64,000 bases of DNA from NCBI GenBank assembly GCA_964473325.1, contig CAYYOG010000001.1, positions 52,618-116,617 of the forward strand, read 5' to 3'. Position 1 is the stretch's first letter. Each line of letters begins with the position of its first letter. Shown in pieces: positions 21,372 through 30,631 of this stretch. The DNA comes from an uncultured Thermotogae bacterium. Its GTDB lineage: Bacteria > Bipolaricaulota > Bipolaricaulia > RBG-16-55-9 > DRXL01. Made by a program: the position numbers and the translations under genes. The notes under the pieces were generated by a model that had not been told where the DNA came from, made no database searches, and was given only the letters and a program-made list of their open reading frames with translations.

Positions 21372-22769
21372 TCACTTCGGCAGCAGATACTCTAACGCCG
21401 GATGCTCGGCAGGGAGACTCCCCTCCGGATAGCGCGCCGTAAAGCATGACGTGCAGAAGTTCTCAGCATCACCGACACACTGCTGCAACTCTTCTACAGA
21501 GAGATAGACGACCGAGTCCGCGTTCATAAACTGCGTGATCTGGGGGATCGTCCGGCTCGATGCGACGAGCTCTTCTCGTGTGGGCATGTCGATCCCAAAG
21601 TAGCATGGCGCAATCAAGGGCGGCGAAGCAATACGCAGATGGACCTCCTTGGCACCAAATTCCCTTAACACATGCACGATCGCCCGCGACGTCGTCCCCC
21701 GCACGATCGAGTCATCCACCAAGGCTATGCGACAGCCTTGTAAGACATCCCGCAAGGGGAGAAGCTTCATGCGGACTTTGTGCACCCGCGACTCTTGATA
21801 CGGCTCGATGAAGCTTCTCCCGACGTAGTGGCTGCGGATCAGTCCAAACTCTAAGGGCTTATTGAGCTTGCGCGAGTAACCTAGCGCTGCAGGCAGCCCT
21901 GAGTCGGGCACGGGCACGACGATGTCTATCTTATGAGTCTCCTTCTCAGCCAAGCGGACGCCGCAGAGCTTTCGGAACTCATAGACGTTATGACCGAAGA
22001 GTCGGCTATCGGGCCGGGCAAAGTAAATGAGCTCAAAGACGCACTGGCGGCGCGGCTGCTTGGGGCCAAAGCGTGCCGAGTGCAGCCCAGCACGATCTAT
22101 AACTAAGACTTCGCCGGGCTCGACCTCTCGAACAAATTCTGCACCGAGAATATCGAACGCTGCTGTCTCAGAAGCGATACAGAAATCATCGCCTCGCCGT
22201 CCTAACACTAAGGGACGGAATCCGAAGGGATCGCGTGCTGCAACCAACTTGTCCCCATCGATCATCACGACCGAGTACGCCCCTAAGACTTTTGCTGTTA
22301 AAGCGGCAAACCGCTCGGGGGGGCTGGAGTCCCGAGCACGAGCATACAGATGCAATAAGCTCTCCGTATCTGAGGTGCTATTGAAATAGACGCCTTCAGC
22401 TACGAGTTCTTCGCGCAGCTGCGCGGCATTAGAAAGATTCCCATTATGAGCCATGGCGATCCAGCGTCCTTCGCGCTTGAGCACAAAGGGCTGGGCGTTC
22501 TCTGGGCGAGCGCTCTCCCCTTGAGTTGAATATCGCGTATGGGCGATCCCGATATGCCCGCGCAAGAGCGCCACACGCCCCTGGGCGAAGACGTCTTGGA
22601 CCAGTCCCAAGTCTTTATAGCAGCGTAGCTCTCTTCCGTCGGAGATCGCAAACCCCGCGGCCTCTTGCCCGCGGTGCTGCAGGGCAAACAGCCCCATCTG
22701 TAATGCGTCGGCGATCTCTGTAGACTGACTATAGACCGCAAAGATCCCGCACTCTTCCTTGAGCTTCAT
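21372..22769 (-). CDS. purF: amidophosphoribosyltransferase PurF
   Basis: Short propeptide then catalytic Cys (MKLKEECGIFAV). Ntn glutaminase domain, PRTase domain and C-terminal Fe-S cysteines present. Confidence 0.9.
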   Translation of the reverse strand: MKLKEECGIFAVYSQSTEIADALQMGLFALQHRGQEAAGFAISDGRELRCYKDLGLVQDVFAQGRVALLRGHIGIAHTRYSTQGESARPENAQPFVLKREGRWIAMAHNGNLSNAAQLREELVAEGVYFNSTSDTESLLHLYARARDSSPPERFAALTAKVLGAYSVVMIDGDKLVAARDPFGFRPLVLGRRGDDFCIASETAAFDILGAEFVREVEPGEVLVIDRAGLHSARFGPKQPRRQCVFELIYFARPDSRLFGHNVYEFRKLCGVRLAEKETHKIDIVVPVPDSGLPAALGYSRKLNKPLEFGLIRSHYVGRSFIEPYQESRVHKVRMKLLPLRDVLQGCRIALVDDSIVRGTTSRAIVHVLREFGAKEVHLRIASPPLIAPCYFGIDMPTREELVASSRTIPQITQFMNADSVVYLSVEELQQCVGDAENFCTSCFTARYPEGSLPAEHPALEYLLPK

Positions 22770-24979
22770 AGCTCTATCGCCGTCTCGTACGCGTGACGCA
22801 GCTCTGCAACGGAGACGCGCTCGCCCTTCAATTCTAGCGCATCCCCTGCAACCGTGCCCAGTTTCTGATAGGGCACCCCCGCACCCTCGAGCAGCTCTCT
22901 GAAGGCGCTTTCATGCTCCGGCGCCACGGTGATGGCAAACCGCGACGGCCATTCCCCAAAGAGCGCCTCCTCCGAAAGATCTTCAAGCGCCAAGTGTGCT
23001 CCCAGCCCACGAGCAAAGCTCATCTCGGCAAGAGCGACTAACAACCCGCCCTCAGAGACGTCATGGGCGCTCGCAAGCCATCGACGCTCGATTAACTTAA
23101 GCATCGCCTGCACCAAGCGACGCTCCAGCTCCAAGTCGGTCTTTTCTAGCTCGTTCAGGCCCTCACCCCGCCCTCCGAGGGAGAGGGGTGAGGGCCCTAA
23201 GACTTTCAGATATTCGCTGCCCCCAACCTTCCCCGAAAGCTTCCCCATCAGATAGATAAGATCGCCCTCGCGTTGGAATCCCATAGGGACTCGATGCTCT
23301 ATATCTTTGAGAAATCCCACCATCCCTACGATGGGCGTGGGATAGATCTTTCGGGTCTCAGACTGATTGTAGAAGCTGACGTTGCCCGAGACAAATGGCA
23401 GCTCAAAAGTCTTCGCAGCGTCAGCCATCCCACGGATCGTCTGCTCGAACGACCACAAGACTTCGGGATCAGTCGGGTTGGCAAAGTTCAGACAGTCCGT
23501 GATCCCTATGGGTTCAGCCCCGACGCTGACGAGATTATGAACAGCTTCGCAGACGGCGCGTATGCCCCCTTGGTAGGGGTCTAAGTAACAGTAGCGGCTG
23601 TTGCCGCCCATCGTCACAGCTAGGGCGAAGCGCTCGCCCTTGACACGCAGCAGCGCCGCGTCATGGGCTCCCGGCCCAACGACGGTGTTCGTCTGCACCA
23701 TGTGATCGTACTGCTCGTAGACCCATCTCTTGGAGCCAATGGTCGGGGAGTGGAGGAGCTGTTTGAGGAGTTCAAGGCCCTTACCCCGCCCTATCGGGCA
23801 CCCCTCTCCCGTGGGTGAGCCACGGGAGAGGGGCCAGGGGTGAGGGCCTCTCGGCTTCACTGTAAGGTCCGGCTCCGGCGCCCCGCCGACTAAGACGCTG
23901 ATGGGAATCTCGGCGATCGTTCGCCCCTCATGACGAATTCTGTAGACCCTTTCGGCGATCACTTCTCCAATAACTGCAGCTTCCAATCCCCACTTGCGAT
24001 AGATCCGTATAAATTTCTGTTCCGAGCCACTCTTGACGCAGAGCACCATGCGCTCTTGCGATTCTGATAAGAGAATCTCATAGGGGGACATGGTGGGGTC
24101 ACGCAACGGGATCTCTTCGATGTCGACAGCTATGCCGACTCCACCGCGTGAGGCCATCTCCGCCGGGGCTGTAGAGAGCCCCCCGGCACCCAGATCTTGC
24201 AGCCCGATCAGCTCTGGGAATTGACAGACCTCCAGCGTTGCTTCGATCAAAGACTTGGCGGTGAAGGGATCGCCCACTTGGACGTTGGGGCGCTTCGCTT
24301 CGGTCTCGCCCACGAGATCTTCTGAAGCGAACGTGGCCCCGTGGATCCCATCGCGCCCTGTGCGCGCTCCAACTAAGAGAATCCTGTTGCCCACCCCCTG
24401 GGCCACAGCGCGCTTGAGCTGGGATCGCTGGAGCACCCCCACACACATCACGTTGACGAGACAGTTATCAATATAAGCGTCCTCAAAGTAGACATCGCCC
24501 CCGACGGTGGGCACGCCCACGCAATTCCCATAGTGGCTGATCCCCGAGACGACGCCCGCAAAGAGCCGCTGGGACTTGGGGTCAGCAAATTCCCCAAACC
24601 GTAAAGAATCTAACAGCGCGATGGGCCGCGCCCCCATGCTCAAAATATCTCTGATAATCCCGCCAATACCCGTTGCTGCCCCGTTAAATGGCTCGACGGC
24701 CGAGGGGTGATTATGACTCTCGACCTTGAACGCCACACACCAGTTATTCTCTAATTCTACGACCCCGGCGTTCTCCCCCGGCCCCTGCAAGACCCTCTTG
24801 CCCGCCGTGGGCAGAAGCTTTAAGAATCTCTTCGAGCTCTTATAGCTGCAGTGCTCAGACCAATTGAGCGAAAACAGCCCCAACTCCAGTTCGTTGGGCT
24901 CACGCTTCAAAAGAGCACAGATCGCTTCGTATTCACTCTGCGAGAGCCCGTGCTGCAAAGCCAGCTCCAGCTTGGTCAT
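22766..24979 (-). CDS. purL: phosphoribosylformylglycinamidine synthase subunit PurL (two in-frame repeat insertions)
   Basis: Typical small-PurL start MTKLELALQHGLSQSEYEAI and AIR-synthase-related domains. The repeats at 23158-23197 and 23776-23848 read through in frame as LGGRGEGLNE and PRGPHPWPLSRGSPTGEGCPIGRGKG. Confidence 0.9.
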   Translation of the reverse strand: MTKLELALQHGLSQSEYEAICALLKREPNELELGLFSLNWSEHCSYKSSKRFLKLLPTAGKRVLQGPGENAGVVELENNWCVAFKVESHNHPSAVEPFNGAATGIGGIIRDILSMGARPIALLDSLRFGEFADPKSQRLFAGVVSGISHYGNCVGVPTVGGDVYFEDAYIDNCLVNVMCVGVLQRSQLKRAVAQGVGNRILLVGARTGRDGIHGATFASEDLVGETEAKRPNVQVGDPFTAKSLIEATLEVCQFPELIGLQDLGAGGLSTAPAEMASRGGVGIAVDIEEIPLRDPTMSPYEILLSESQERMVLCVKSGSEQKFIRIYRKWGLEAAVIGEVIAERVYRIRHEGRTIAEIPISVLVGGAPEPDLTVKPRGPHPWPLSRGSPTGEGCPIGRGKGLELLKQLLHSPTIGSKRWVYEQYDHMVQTNTVVGPGAHDAALLRVKGERFALAVTMGGNSRYCYLDPYQGGIRAVCEAVHNLVSVGAEPIGITDCLNFANPTDPEVLWSFEQTIRGMADAAKTFELPFVSGNVSFYNQSETRKIYPTPIVGMVGFLKDIEHRVPMGFQREGDLIYLMGKLSGKVGGSEYLKVLGPSPLSLGGRGEGLNELEKTDLELERRLVQAMLKLIERRWLASAHDVSEGGLLVALAEMSFARGLGAHLALEDLSEEALFGEWPSRFAITVAPEHESAFRELLEGAGVPYQKLGTVAGDALELKGERVSVAELRHAYETAIEL
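23158..23197. repeat. GC-rich nested-palindrome miniature repeat, short form, inside purL
   Basis: GGCCCTCACCCC-GCC-CTCCGAGGGAG-A-GGGGTGAGGGCC. Perfect 12-bp outer arms with an inner 4-bp stem. Confidence 0.85.
23776..23848. repeat. GC-rich nested-palindrome miniature repeat, long form, inside purL
   Basis: GGCCCTTACCCC ... CCCCTCTCCCGT-GGGTGAGCC-ACGGGAGAGGGG ... GGGGTGAGGGCC. Confidence 0.85.
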
Positions 24980-25725
24980 AGGCCCTCACCCCCGCCCTCT
25001 GTAGGGGCAGATCTATGTATCTGCCTAGAGCGAACATCCCGGTTCACCCCTACAACTGGGGTGAGGGCTTGCACCAACCCCTGAAAGATCTTCAGCCCGT
25101 CCCCAGATCCAAAGATCTTTTCACTGTTGCGCTCCGGATGGGGCATCATCCCGAAGATCGTCCCCGTCTCGTCCATAATCGCGGCGATGTTTTCGACCGA
25201 GCCGTTGGGATTCTCTCCATAATACGTCAACAGAATCTGACGGTTTCTCTTCATTCTCTCGATCGTTTCTGGAGGGGCAACGTAGCGCCCCTCCCCGTGC
25301 GCGATGGGCAACTCGATAATCTGCCCGTACTCAAAAAGATGTGTGAGCGGGGTGGCGTGGTTCTCGACGCGCAGCTTCACGGCCTTGCAGATAAATCTCT
25401 GAGAGAGATTCTTCGTGAGAGCCCCGGGGAGTAAGCCCGCTTCAGTGAGAATCTGAAAGCCATTGCAGATCCCCAGCACGATCCCGCGTTGCTTCTCCCT
25501 ATACCCTGCCAGGGCTTGGACGACCGGAGCAAACCTGGCAATCGCCCCGGCTCGCAAATAGTCCCCGTAAGAAAAGCCCCCTGGCAGCACGATCAGATCG
25601 TATCTCTCTAGATCCGTCTCGCGATACCATAAGAACTCCGTCTCGATCCCCAAGAGATCTCTTAAGACATAGTACGTATCGTGATCGCAGTTGGAGCCAG
25701 GGAAGACGACGACAGCAGCGCGCAT
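24976..25725 (-). CDS. purQ: phosphoribosylformylglycinamidine synthase glutaminase subunit PurQ (C-terminus extended through a repeat copy)
   Basis: Class-I glutamine amidotransferase (MRAAVVVFPGSNCD ... ICNGFQIL ... MPHPER). The last ~30 codons (VGVNRDVRSRQIHRSAPTEGGGEGL) are encoded by the repeat at 24981-25067. The stop overlaps the purL ATG. Confidence 0.85.
   Translation of the reverse strand: MRAAVVVFPGSNCDHDTYYVLRDLLGIETEFLWYRETDLERYDLIVLPGGFSYGDYLRAGAIARFAPVVQALAGYREKQRGIVLGICNGFQILTEAGLLPGALTKNLSQRFICKAVKLRVENHATPLTHLFEYGQIIELPIAHGEGRYVAPPETIERMKRNRQILLTYYGENPNGSVENIAAIMDETGTIFGMMPHPERNSEKIFGSGDGLKIFQGLVQALTPVVGVNRDVRSRQIHRSAPTEGGGEGL
24981..25067. repeat. GC-rich miniature repeat, degenerate long copy at the purQ/purL junction
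   Basis: GGCCCTCACCCCCGCCCTCTGTAGGGGC ... CACCCCTACAACTGGGGTGAGGGC. The outer arms are retained. Confidence 0.7.
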
Positions 25726-25979
25726 CAGAGCTCCTCCAGCTCGATAGAGTACTTTTCGATGACGGGGTTGGCTAAGAATTTCTGGGCGACTTCCGCGACC
25801 CTTTCGCGGGCCTGCTGGGCGTTCAGCGCCTTCAGCTTAAATTTTATCACTTTGCCCACGCGTGTCTGCGCGATGTTCTTCAGACCCAGCTCGATGAGGG
25901 CGCGCTCAACCGCTTGCCCTTGGGGGTCTAAGAGCTCCGCTTTGGGTTCGACGAGCACCCGCACGAGAAACTCTTTCAT
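25725..25979 (-). CDS. purS: phosphoribosylformylglycinamidine synthase subunit PurS
   Basis: 84 aa. MKEFLVRVLVEPKAELLDPQGQAVERALIELGL is canonical PurS. Confidence 0.85.
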   Translation of the reverse strand: MKEFLVRVLVEPKAELLDPQGQAVERALIELGLKNIAQTRVGKVIKFKLKALNAQQARERVAEVAQKFLANPVIEKYSIELEEL

Positions 25980-26683
25980 AGCCCCATTCTCCGCGCCACT
26001 TCGCGATACGTTATAAGCAGATCGCCCTTGTCTTCACGGAACACGTCTTTATCTAAACTCTCGTTCGTCCGGGCGTCCCAGAGCCTCATCGTGTCGGGAC
26101 TGATCTCATCAGCCAAGAGGAGCTCCCCCAGGGGAGTGCGTCCGAACTCAAACTTCATGTCTACCAATACCAAGCCCAGCCCTGCAAAGTACTCGCGCAA
26201 GAGGGCGTTGGCCCGCAGGGCACAGTCAGCCATCTGAGAGATCTCTTCATCGGTGGCGATCCCCATGGCCCGAATATGGGTGGGGCATATGAGGGGATCG
26301 CCCAAGGGATCAGATTTATAGAAGAACTCGACGAGAGGGGGCTGGAAGGGCTGGCCGCGGGAGAGCCCCAATCGCTTCACGATGGAGCCCGCTGCGAGAT
26401 TTCTCACCACGACTTCGAGGGGGACGATCTCGACTCGTTTTGCGAGGAAGCTGCGCACATCGAGCTGTTTCATATAGTGTGACGGGACCGTCTCTTTGAG
26501 TAGCTCGAAGAGCTTTATAGAGATTTGGGCAGCGAGCTCGCCCTTGCCGGAGATCGTCGCTCGTTTTTTGCCGTCGCCAGCGGTGACGGAGTCTTTGAAG
26601 AAGACGATGACGGTATCGGGCTGGGGGCCGGGGAAGAGCTGTTTGGCTTTGCCTTCGTAGAGGGGTTGCATAGATCTCCTCAC
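25976..26683 (-). CDS. purC: phosphoribosylaminoimidazole-succinocarboxamide synthase PurC
   Basis: SAICAR synthetase sequence (YEGKAKQLF ... LVDMKFEFG). First gene of the purC-S-Q-L-F-M block. Confidence 0.9.
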   Translation of the reverse strand: MRRSMQPLYEGKAKQLFPGPQPDTVIVFFKDSVTAGDGKKRATISGKGELAAQISIKLFELLKETVPSHYMKQLDVRSFLAKRVEIVPLEVVVRNLAAGSIVKRLGLSRGQPFQPPLVEFFYKSDPLGDPLICPTHIRAMGIATDEEISQMADCALRANALLREYFAGLGLVLVDMKFEFGRTPLGELLLADEISPDTMRLWDARTNESLDKDVFREDKGDLLITYREVARRMGL

Positions 26684-26716
26684 TGATGCTCATCGTAGCA
26701 AGGTCAGGGCGAGCTG

Positions 26717-29700
26717 TCAACTGTAGGCCTCAGAGAGGATTTGACGATGCAAGGGGATTGCTAAGAAGCTTTGGCGCAGGGAGGGGTCGGTAATTTGGTG
26801 CGCGATCTTCTGTAACTCTTCGTAAGCTTGGCGCAACGCTTCAAAGGCATTTGGATCATGAAGCGCAGCCAGGGCACGGTAGCGTAGATAATGGGCACGG
26901 ATCGTGAGCTCACCACCCCAACCGTGCTGCTTAATTAGTGCTAGGGCGTGCTGAATTACCTCGAGGGCGGCGTGCGTGTCTTGCCCCATATCCAGCAAGG
27001 TGTGGGCAAGTTCCACAAGGCATGCTCCCTCTTCTGCGTGGGCGTGTATGGACCGTGCCTGCTCTAAAGCCTTATGCACGTGCCTGAGAGCATGTTCATG
27101 CTGGCCGAGGTCCCGATAGACGACCCCGATCCATCGCTGCATCATGCATTGGCCGAAGGGATCTTCTAATTCAAAAAAGATCTTATAGGCTTCCATACTA
27201 AGTTCGAGGGCCTTGGCAGGAAGGCCGAGCAGTCGGTATGTTTGAGCGAGGTTGCACAGACTGTATCCCAAGCCGTGGCGATCGCCATGGGTTTTATCGA
27301 GAGCGCAAGCTTGCTCAAGATACTCGCGAGCACGCTCGTATCTCCCAAGATATCGGAGGGTAGCTCCTATATTATTTAAGACTGCACCGGCTTTCTGCAG
27401 GTCCTGAAGCTCTTGATAGAGTCGTAATGCCATCTCATAGTGTGTGAGTGCCTGCTGATAATCCCCGAGCTTCATCAAGGCGTTTGCGCAGTCGTTCCAC
27501 GTATAAGCGGCTTTGAGCGGGTCGCGAGGGCGAAAGATTTCTAGGGCTTGACGATAGTAGTGCAACGCTTCTTGATATTCACCTCGATAGAACGAGATCA
27601 GTCCTATCTGGCTAAAAAGATTTGCCCTCACAAGCAAATCCGGAGGGTCTAACTCCAACGCCCGCTGGGCATAGCGCAGAGCTTCCTCATAGCGCGCTGT
27701 GCGCACAAGCCATTGGCCTTTCCAATGAAGTGCCTGAGCTTTCTTATTGAGATCGAGCTTTTCGGCAAGCAGGAGCAATCTCTCGCAACTCTCTTGAGCG
27801 GCCTCGGCTTGCCCACTCCGCAATTGGAAGTCGAGGCGCTCCAGTATGAGAGAGAACTCTTGCTCCGTGCGCTCCCGTTCGTTCAGCTGCCCCTTAAGCC
27901 TCTGGAGTAAGAGCAATCCACGCGCGACATACTGCAGGCCCTCCTCTATGTGATAGTGCTTTCCACACTCGCTGATCGCTTTAAGCACCCATTCTAATGA
28001 GCGTCTCAGCTGCCCACCCTGCTCATAGTGCTGCGCTAACTGTCCCGCCAACCCTACTGCAGCCGGATCGGCATAGACCCGCTCGATCGCGTGCGCAAGA
28101 CGCCGATGCAGCCAAGTCCGCCGCGGCCCCTCAAGAGACTTGTACACGACCTCCCGGAATTTGTCGTGCATGAACTCGTACCGCCCCTCACGCTCCACCA
28201 GCAATCCCTGCGCTGTCAATTCGGCAAGATGCACAAACAGCTCCTCGGGAGTCCCTTCCCATACAGCTTCTAACACCCCCAACTCGATCTGCACTGCACA
28301 CGCAATCACCTGTAAGACCCTCTGCGCTGCCGCGCTCACCCTCTTCGCCCGGCGCTCCAGAAGCTGGACCGCTGATGGGGCCAGCACGACCCGCGATGGG
28401 TCGGTCACCCGCCAGCGAGTCCCTTCCCGCACACACGCGCCGTTCTCAAAGAGGGCCTGCAGCACAGCCGTGGCAAAGAGCGGATTGCCCGCGCTCTCGC
28501 GATGGAGCCGTCCCCCAAAATCTGCTGTTGTCTCGAGTTCGTCAGCGAGACCCTTGACGAGATCGTGAATCTCGTGCTCGCTCAAACGCTGGAGAACGAT
28601 CTCACTGAGCCGCCCCATGCGCACCCCCTGATGGCGAACCCGCTCCAGCTGGGTACTCAGCTCTTCGGATCGCGCTGCTCCCACAATTAAGAGAGGCTCA
28701 TTGGTGAATCGCTCCATAAGATAGCAGAGAAAATCGAGCGAGTTGCTATCAGCCCACTGGAGATCGTCCACAAAGAGCAAGAGCGGGAGATGGCGCAGAG
28801 CCAACGCTTTGAGAATGCGCCAGAGCGTCTCGAAGAGCCGGTACTGGCGATGCTCACGCGGGAGCGCCATCTGAGGCAGATCGGGGATCAAGGGAGTGAG
28901 CTCCGGCAAAAGTTCCGAGAGTTCCGCCACCCATGCGGGCGGCACCTCGGCAAGATCAGCGCGGGTCAATTGCGAAACCCCCTGGCGCAAGACCTCGACC
29001 CACAGATGCAACGGCATCGGGTTCTGCAGCTCATAACAGCGTCCATAGAGAGCTTGTGCTCCCGCGTGCTCGTGCGCCCAGCGCAAAAATTCCTCTCCAA
29101 GACGCGTCTTGCCCATACCTGCCTCGCCCAGAATGAGCACGAGGTGCCCTGCGCCGGAACGAGCTTTGCTCAAAGCCGAAGAGAGTTGCTCCCATTCGCG
29201 AGTCCGCCCCACAAACGGCGGGCGCTGGATCTTCATAGGGAGCGCAATCCCCTCAGGCACACCCTTGGGGTAGAATCGCTCCCAATCGCAAACCCTCTCA
29301 GATTGGATCTGCCTAAAAATCTCTTCCGTCTGGGACGACGGGCGCTCCCCCAGCTCCCGGTCCAATGCTGTACGACAGCGCTCATACGCCCGATGCGCCA
29401 CGGCCCGCTCCCCGGCACAGGACGCATAGACCATCATCTGGCGATAGAGCTTCTCGTCCAGGGGGGATTCGACCACAGCGCGTTCGAGATAGCTCAGCGC
29501 TGCGCGATACTGCCCACGCCGCGCCAGGGAGTCCGCTAACAAACTTAAGACTTCAACAAAGCGCTCCCGGAAGCGCTCTCGCACCGGCAACGCCCACTCC
29601 TCATAGCGATCTTCTGTCAAGTACTCCCCACGATAGAGCGCCACAGCGCTCTCAAACGCAGCGCTCGCTTCGTCAAATTTCCCTTCGCGGTAGGCGCGGC

Positions 29701-30058
29701 GCCCACGCTCTTCACATTGAGAGAACTCTTCAGTATCTATCCAGCAGTCGCTCTCGGCACCCAACACATAGCCCCCGCGTCGTGTAAGAATATACTGGGA
29801 CTGCTCCCCACGCTCAAGCTGGGGCTCTAAGATCTTTCTCAGCTCTGCGACACGATTGCGCAGGTTCGATGCAGCGCTGCGGAGATTACTCTCTTCGGGC
29901 CATAAGTACTCAATCAGCTCATCAGCAGAGAAGACCCGGCCGCGCTCGCTCGCGAGAATTTTGAATAGTGCTTGGGTCTTAGCATTCTTCCAGAGCTGGG
30001 GCCCAAGCAGCTCCTCGTCGCGATAGACAGCAAATCTCCCAAAGCAGAAGATTTTTAC
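26717..30058 (-). CDS. SARP/AfsR-like regulator: winged-helix DNA-binding domain + BTAD + AAA ATPase + TPR repeats (5' end uncertain)
   Basis: The reading frame is open upstream of the tracked GTG start at 29767. It encodes an OmpR-type winged helix (VKIFCFGRFAVYRDEELLGPQLW ... LIEYLWPEE ... YILTRRGGYVL), then BTAD, a Walker A motif (LILGEAGMGKTRLGEEF) and many TPRs. No canonical start codon sits at the winged-helix N-terminus, and the repeat at 30068-30137 abuts it. Confidence 0.6.
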   Translation of the reverse strand, partial: VKIFCFGRFAVYRDEELLGPQLWKNAKTQALFKILASERGRVFSADELIEYLWPEESNLRSAASNLRNRVAELRKILEPQLERGEQSQYILTRRGGYVLGAESDCWIDTEEFSQCEERGRRAYREGKFDEASAAFESAVALYRGEYLTEDRYEEWALPVRERFRERFVEVLSLLADSLARRGQYRAALSYLERAVVESPLDEKLYRQMMVYASCAGERAVAHRAYERCRTALDRELGERPSSQTEEIFRQIQSERVCDWERFYPKGVPEGIALPMKIQRPPFVGRTREWEQLSSALSKARSGAGHLVLILGEAGMGKTRLGEEFLRWAHEHAGAQALYGRCYELQNPMPLHLWVEVLRQGVSQLTRADLAEVPPAWVAELSELLPELTPLIPDLPQMALPREHRQYRLFETLWRILKALALRHLPLLLFVDDLQWADSNSLDFLCYLMERFTNEPLLIVGAARSEELSTQLERVRHQGVRMGRLSEIVLQRLSEHEIHDLVKGLADELETTADFGGRLHRESAGNPLFATAVLQALFENGACVREGTRWRVTDPSRVVLAPSAVQLLERRAKRVSAAAQRVLQVIACAVQIELGVLEAVWEGTPEELFVHLAELTAQGLLVEREGRYEFMHDKFREVVYKSLEGPRRTWLHRRLAHAIERVYADPAAVGLAGQLAQHYEQGGQLRRSLEWVLKAISECGKHYHIEEGLQYVARGLLLLQRLKGQLNERERTEQEFSLILERLDFQLRSGQAEAAQESCERLLLLAEKLDLNKKAQALHWKGQWLVRTARYEEALRYAQRALELDPPDLLVRANLFSQIGLISFYRGEYQEALHYYRQALEIFRPRDPLKAAYTWNDCANALMKLGDYQQALTHYEMALRLYQELQDLQKAGAVLNNIGATLRYLGRYERAREYLEQACALDKTHGDRHGLGYSLCNLAQTYRLLGLPAKALELSMEAYKIFFELEDPFGQCMMQRWIGVVYRDLGQHEHALRHVHKALEQARSIHAHAEEGACLVELAHTLLDMGQDTHAALEVIQHALALIKQHGWGGELTIRAHYLRYRALAALHDPNAFEALRQAYEELQKIAHQITDPSLRQSFLAIPLHRQILSEAYS

Positions 30059-30067
30059 CCCATAGCA

Positions 30068-30137
30068 GTCCTCATCCCCGATCCCTCTCCCGTCTGCACG
30101 GACGGGAGAGGGGTGCCCGATAGGGCGGGGTGAGGGC
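30068..30137. repeat. GC-rich nested-palindrome miniature repeat at the 5' end of the SARP-like regulator
   Basis: CCTCATCCCC ... CCCTCTCCCGT-CTGCACGG-ACGGGAGAGGGG ... GGCGGGGTGAGGGC. Confidence 0.75.
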
Positions 30138-30267
30138 TTCGATTATAGCCGTGCTCGTCTCTCTAGACAAGTCTGCAAAGTCCTCACTTTGCGCACACTT
30201 TGCAAGGGGGTGCTAGACTCCAGCCGTCGAACATCAACACAAGCTTAATAAAGGAGGTTGATCGAAG

Positions 30268-30621
30268 ATGTTCGTCAAAATGACAGTCGTGCGGACGGTC
30301 GTGGCGGTTCTGGCCCTTGGGGTGCTGGGGACGGTCATGGTGGGGACGGCGCAACAGCCGACAAACCCCGCGGATATCGCGAGCGCCTTGGTCGCGTACT
30401 ATAAGATCGGCAATCGGCCTGCGAGCATCACCGTTGCCGAGATCGAGCAGCGCATCGCGTACTTCCCGGACTTTGGGGAGGGCACGGTCACAGCGCTCAA
30501 GAAGGCCGCGCCCATCGAGACGGTGAGCAAGCTTGTAGGGCTGAAGAACAGCCGAGGGAAAAATCTGCTCTCACAGAAGCAGATTATTCTGCTCTTGACG
30601 TTCTATAACCTGAAGCCGTAG
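30268..30621 (+). CDS. small secreted hypothetical protein
   Basis: AGGAGG RBS 8 nt upstream. Signal peptide MFVKMTVVRTVVAVLALGVLGTVMVGTAQQ. 117 aa. Confidence 0.45.
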   Translation: MFVKMTVVRTVVAVLALGVLGTVMVGTAQQPTNPADIASALVAYYKIGNRPASITVAEIEQRIAYFPDFGEGTVTALKKAAPIETVSKLVGLKNSRGKNLLSQKQIILLLTFYNLKP

Positions 30622-30631
30622 CCGCGCCGGT

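Noticed and set aside
26684-26716. Purine riboswitch or PurR-type leader ahead of purC
   Set aside because: Only 33 bp separate the purC start from the stop of the upstream regulator gene, which is too short for a riboswitch. No G-box-like sequence was seen.
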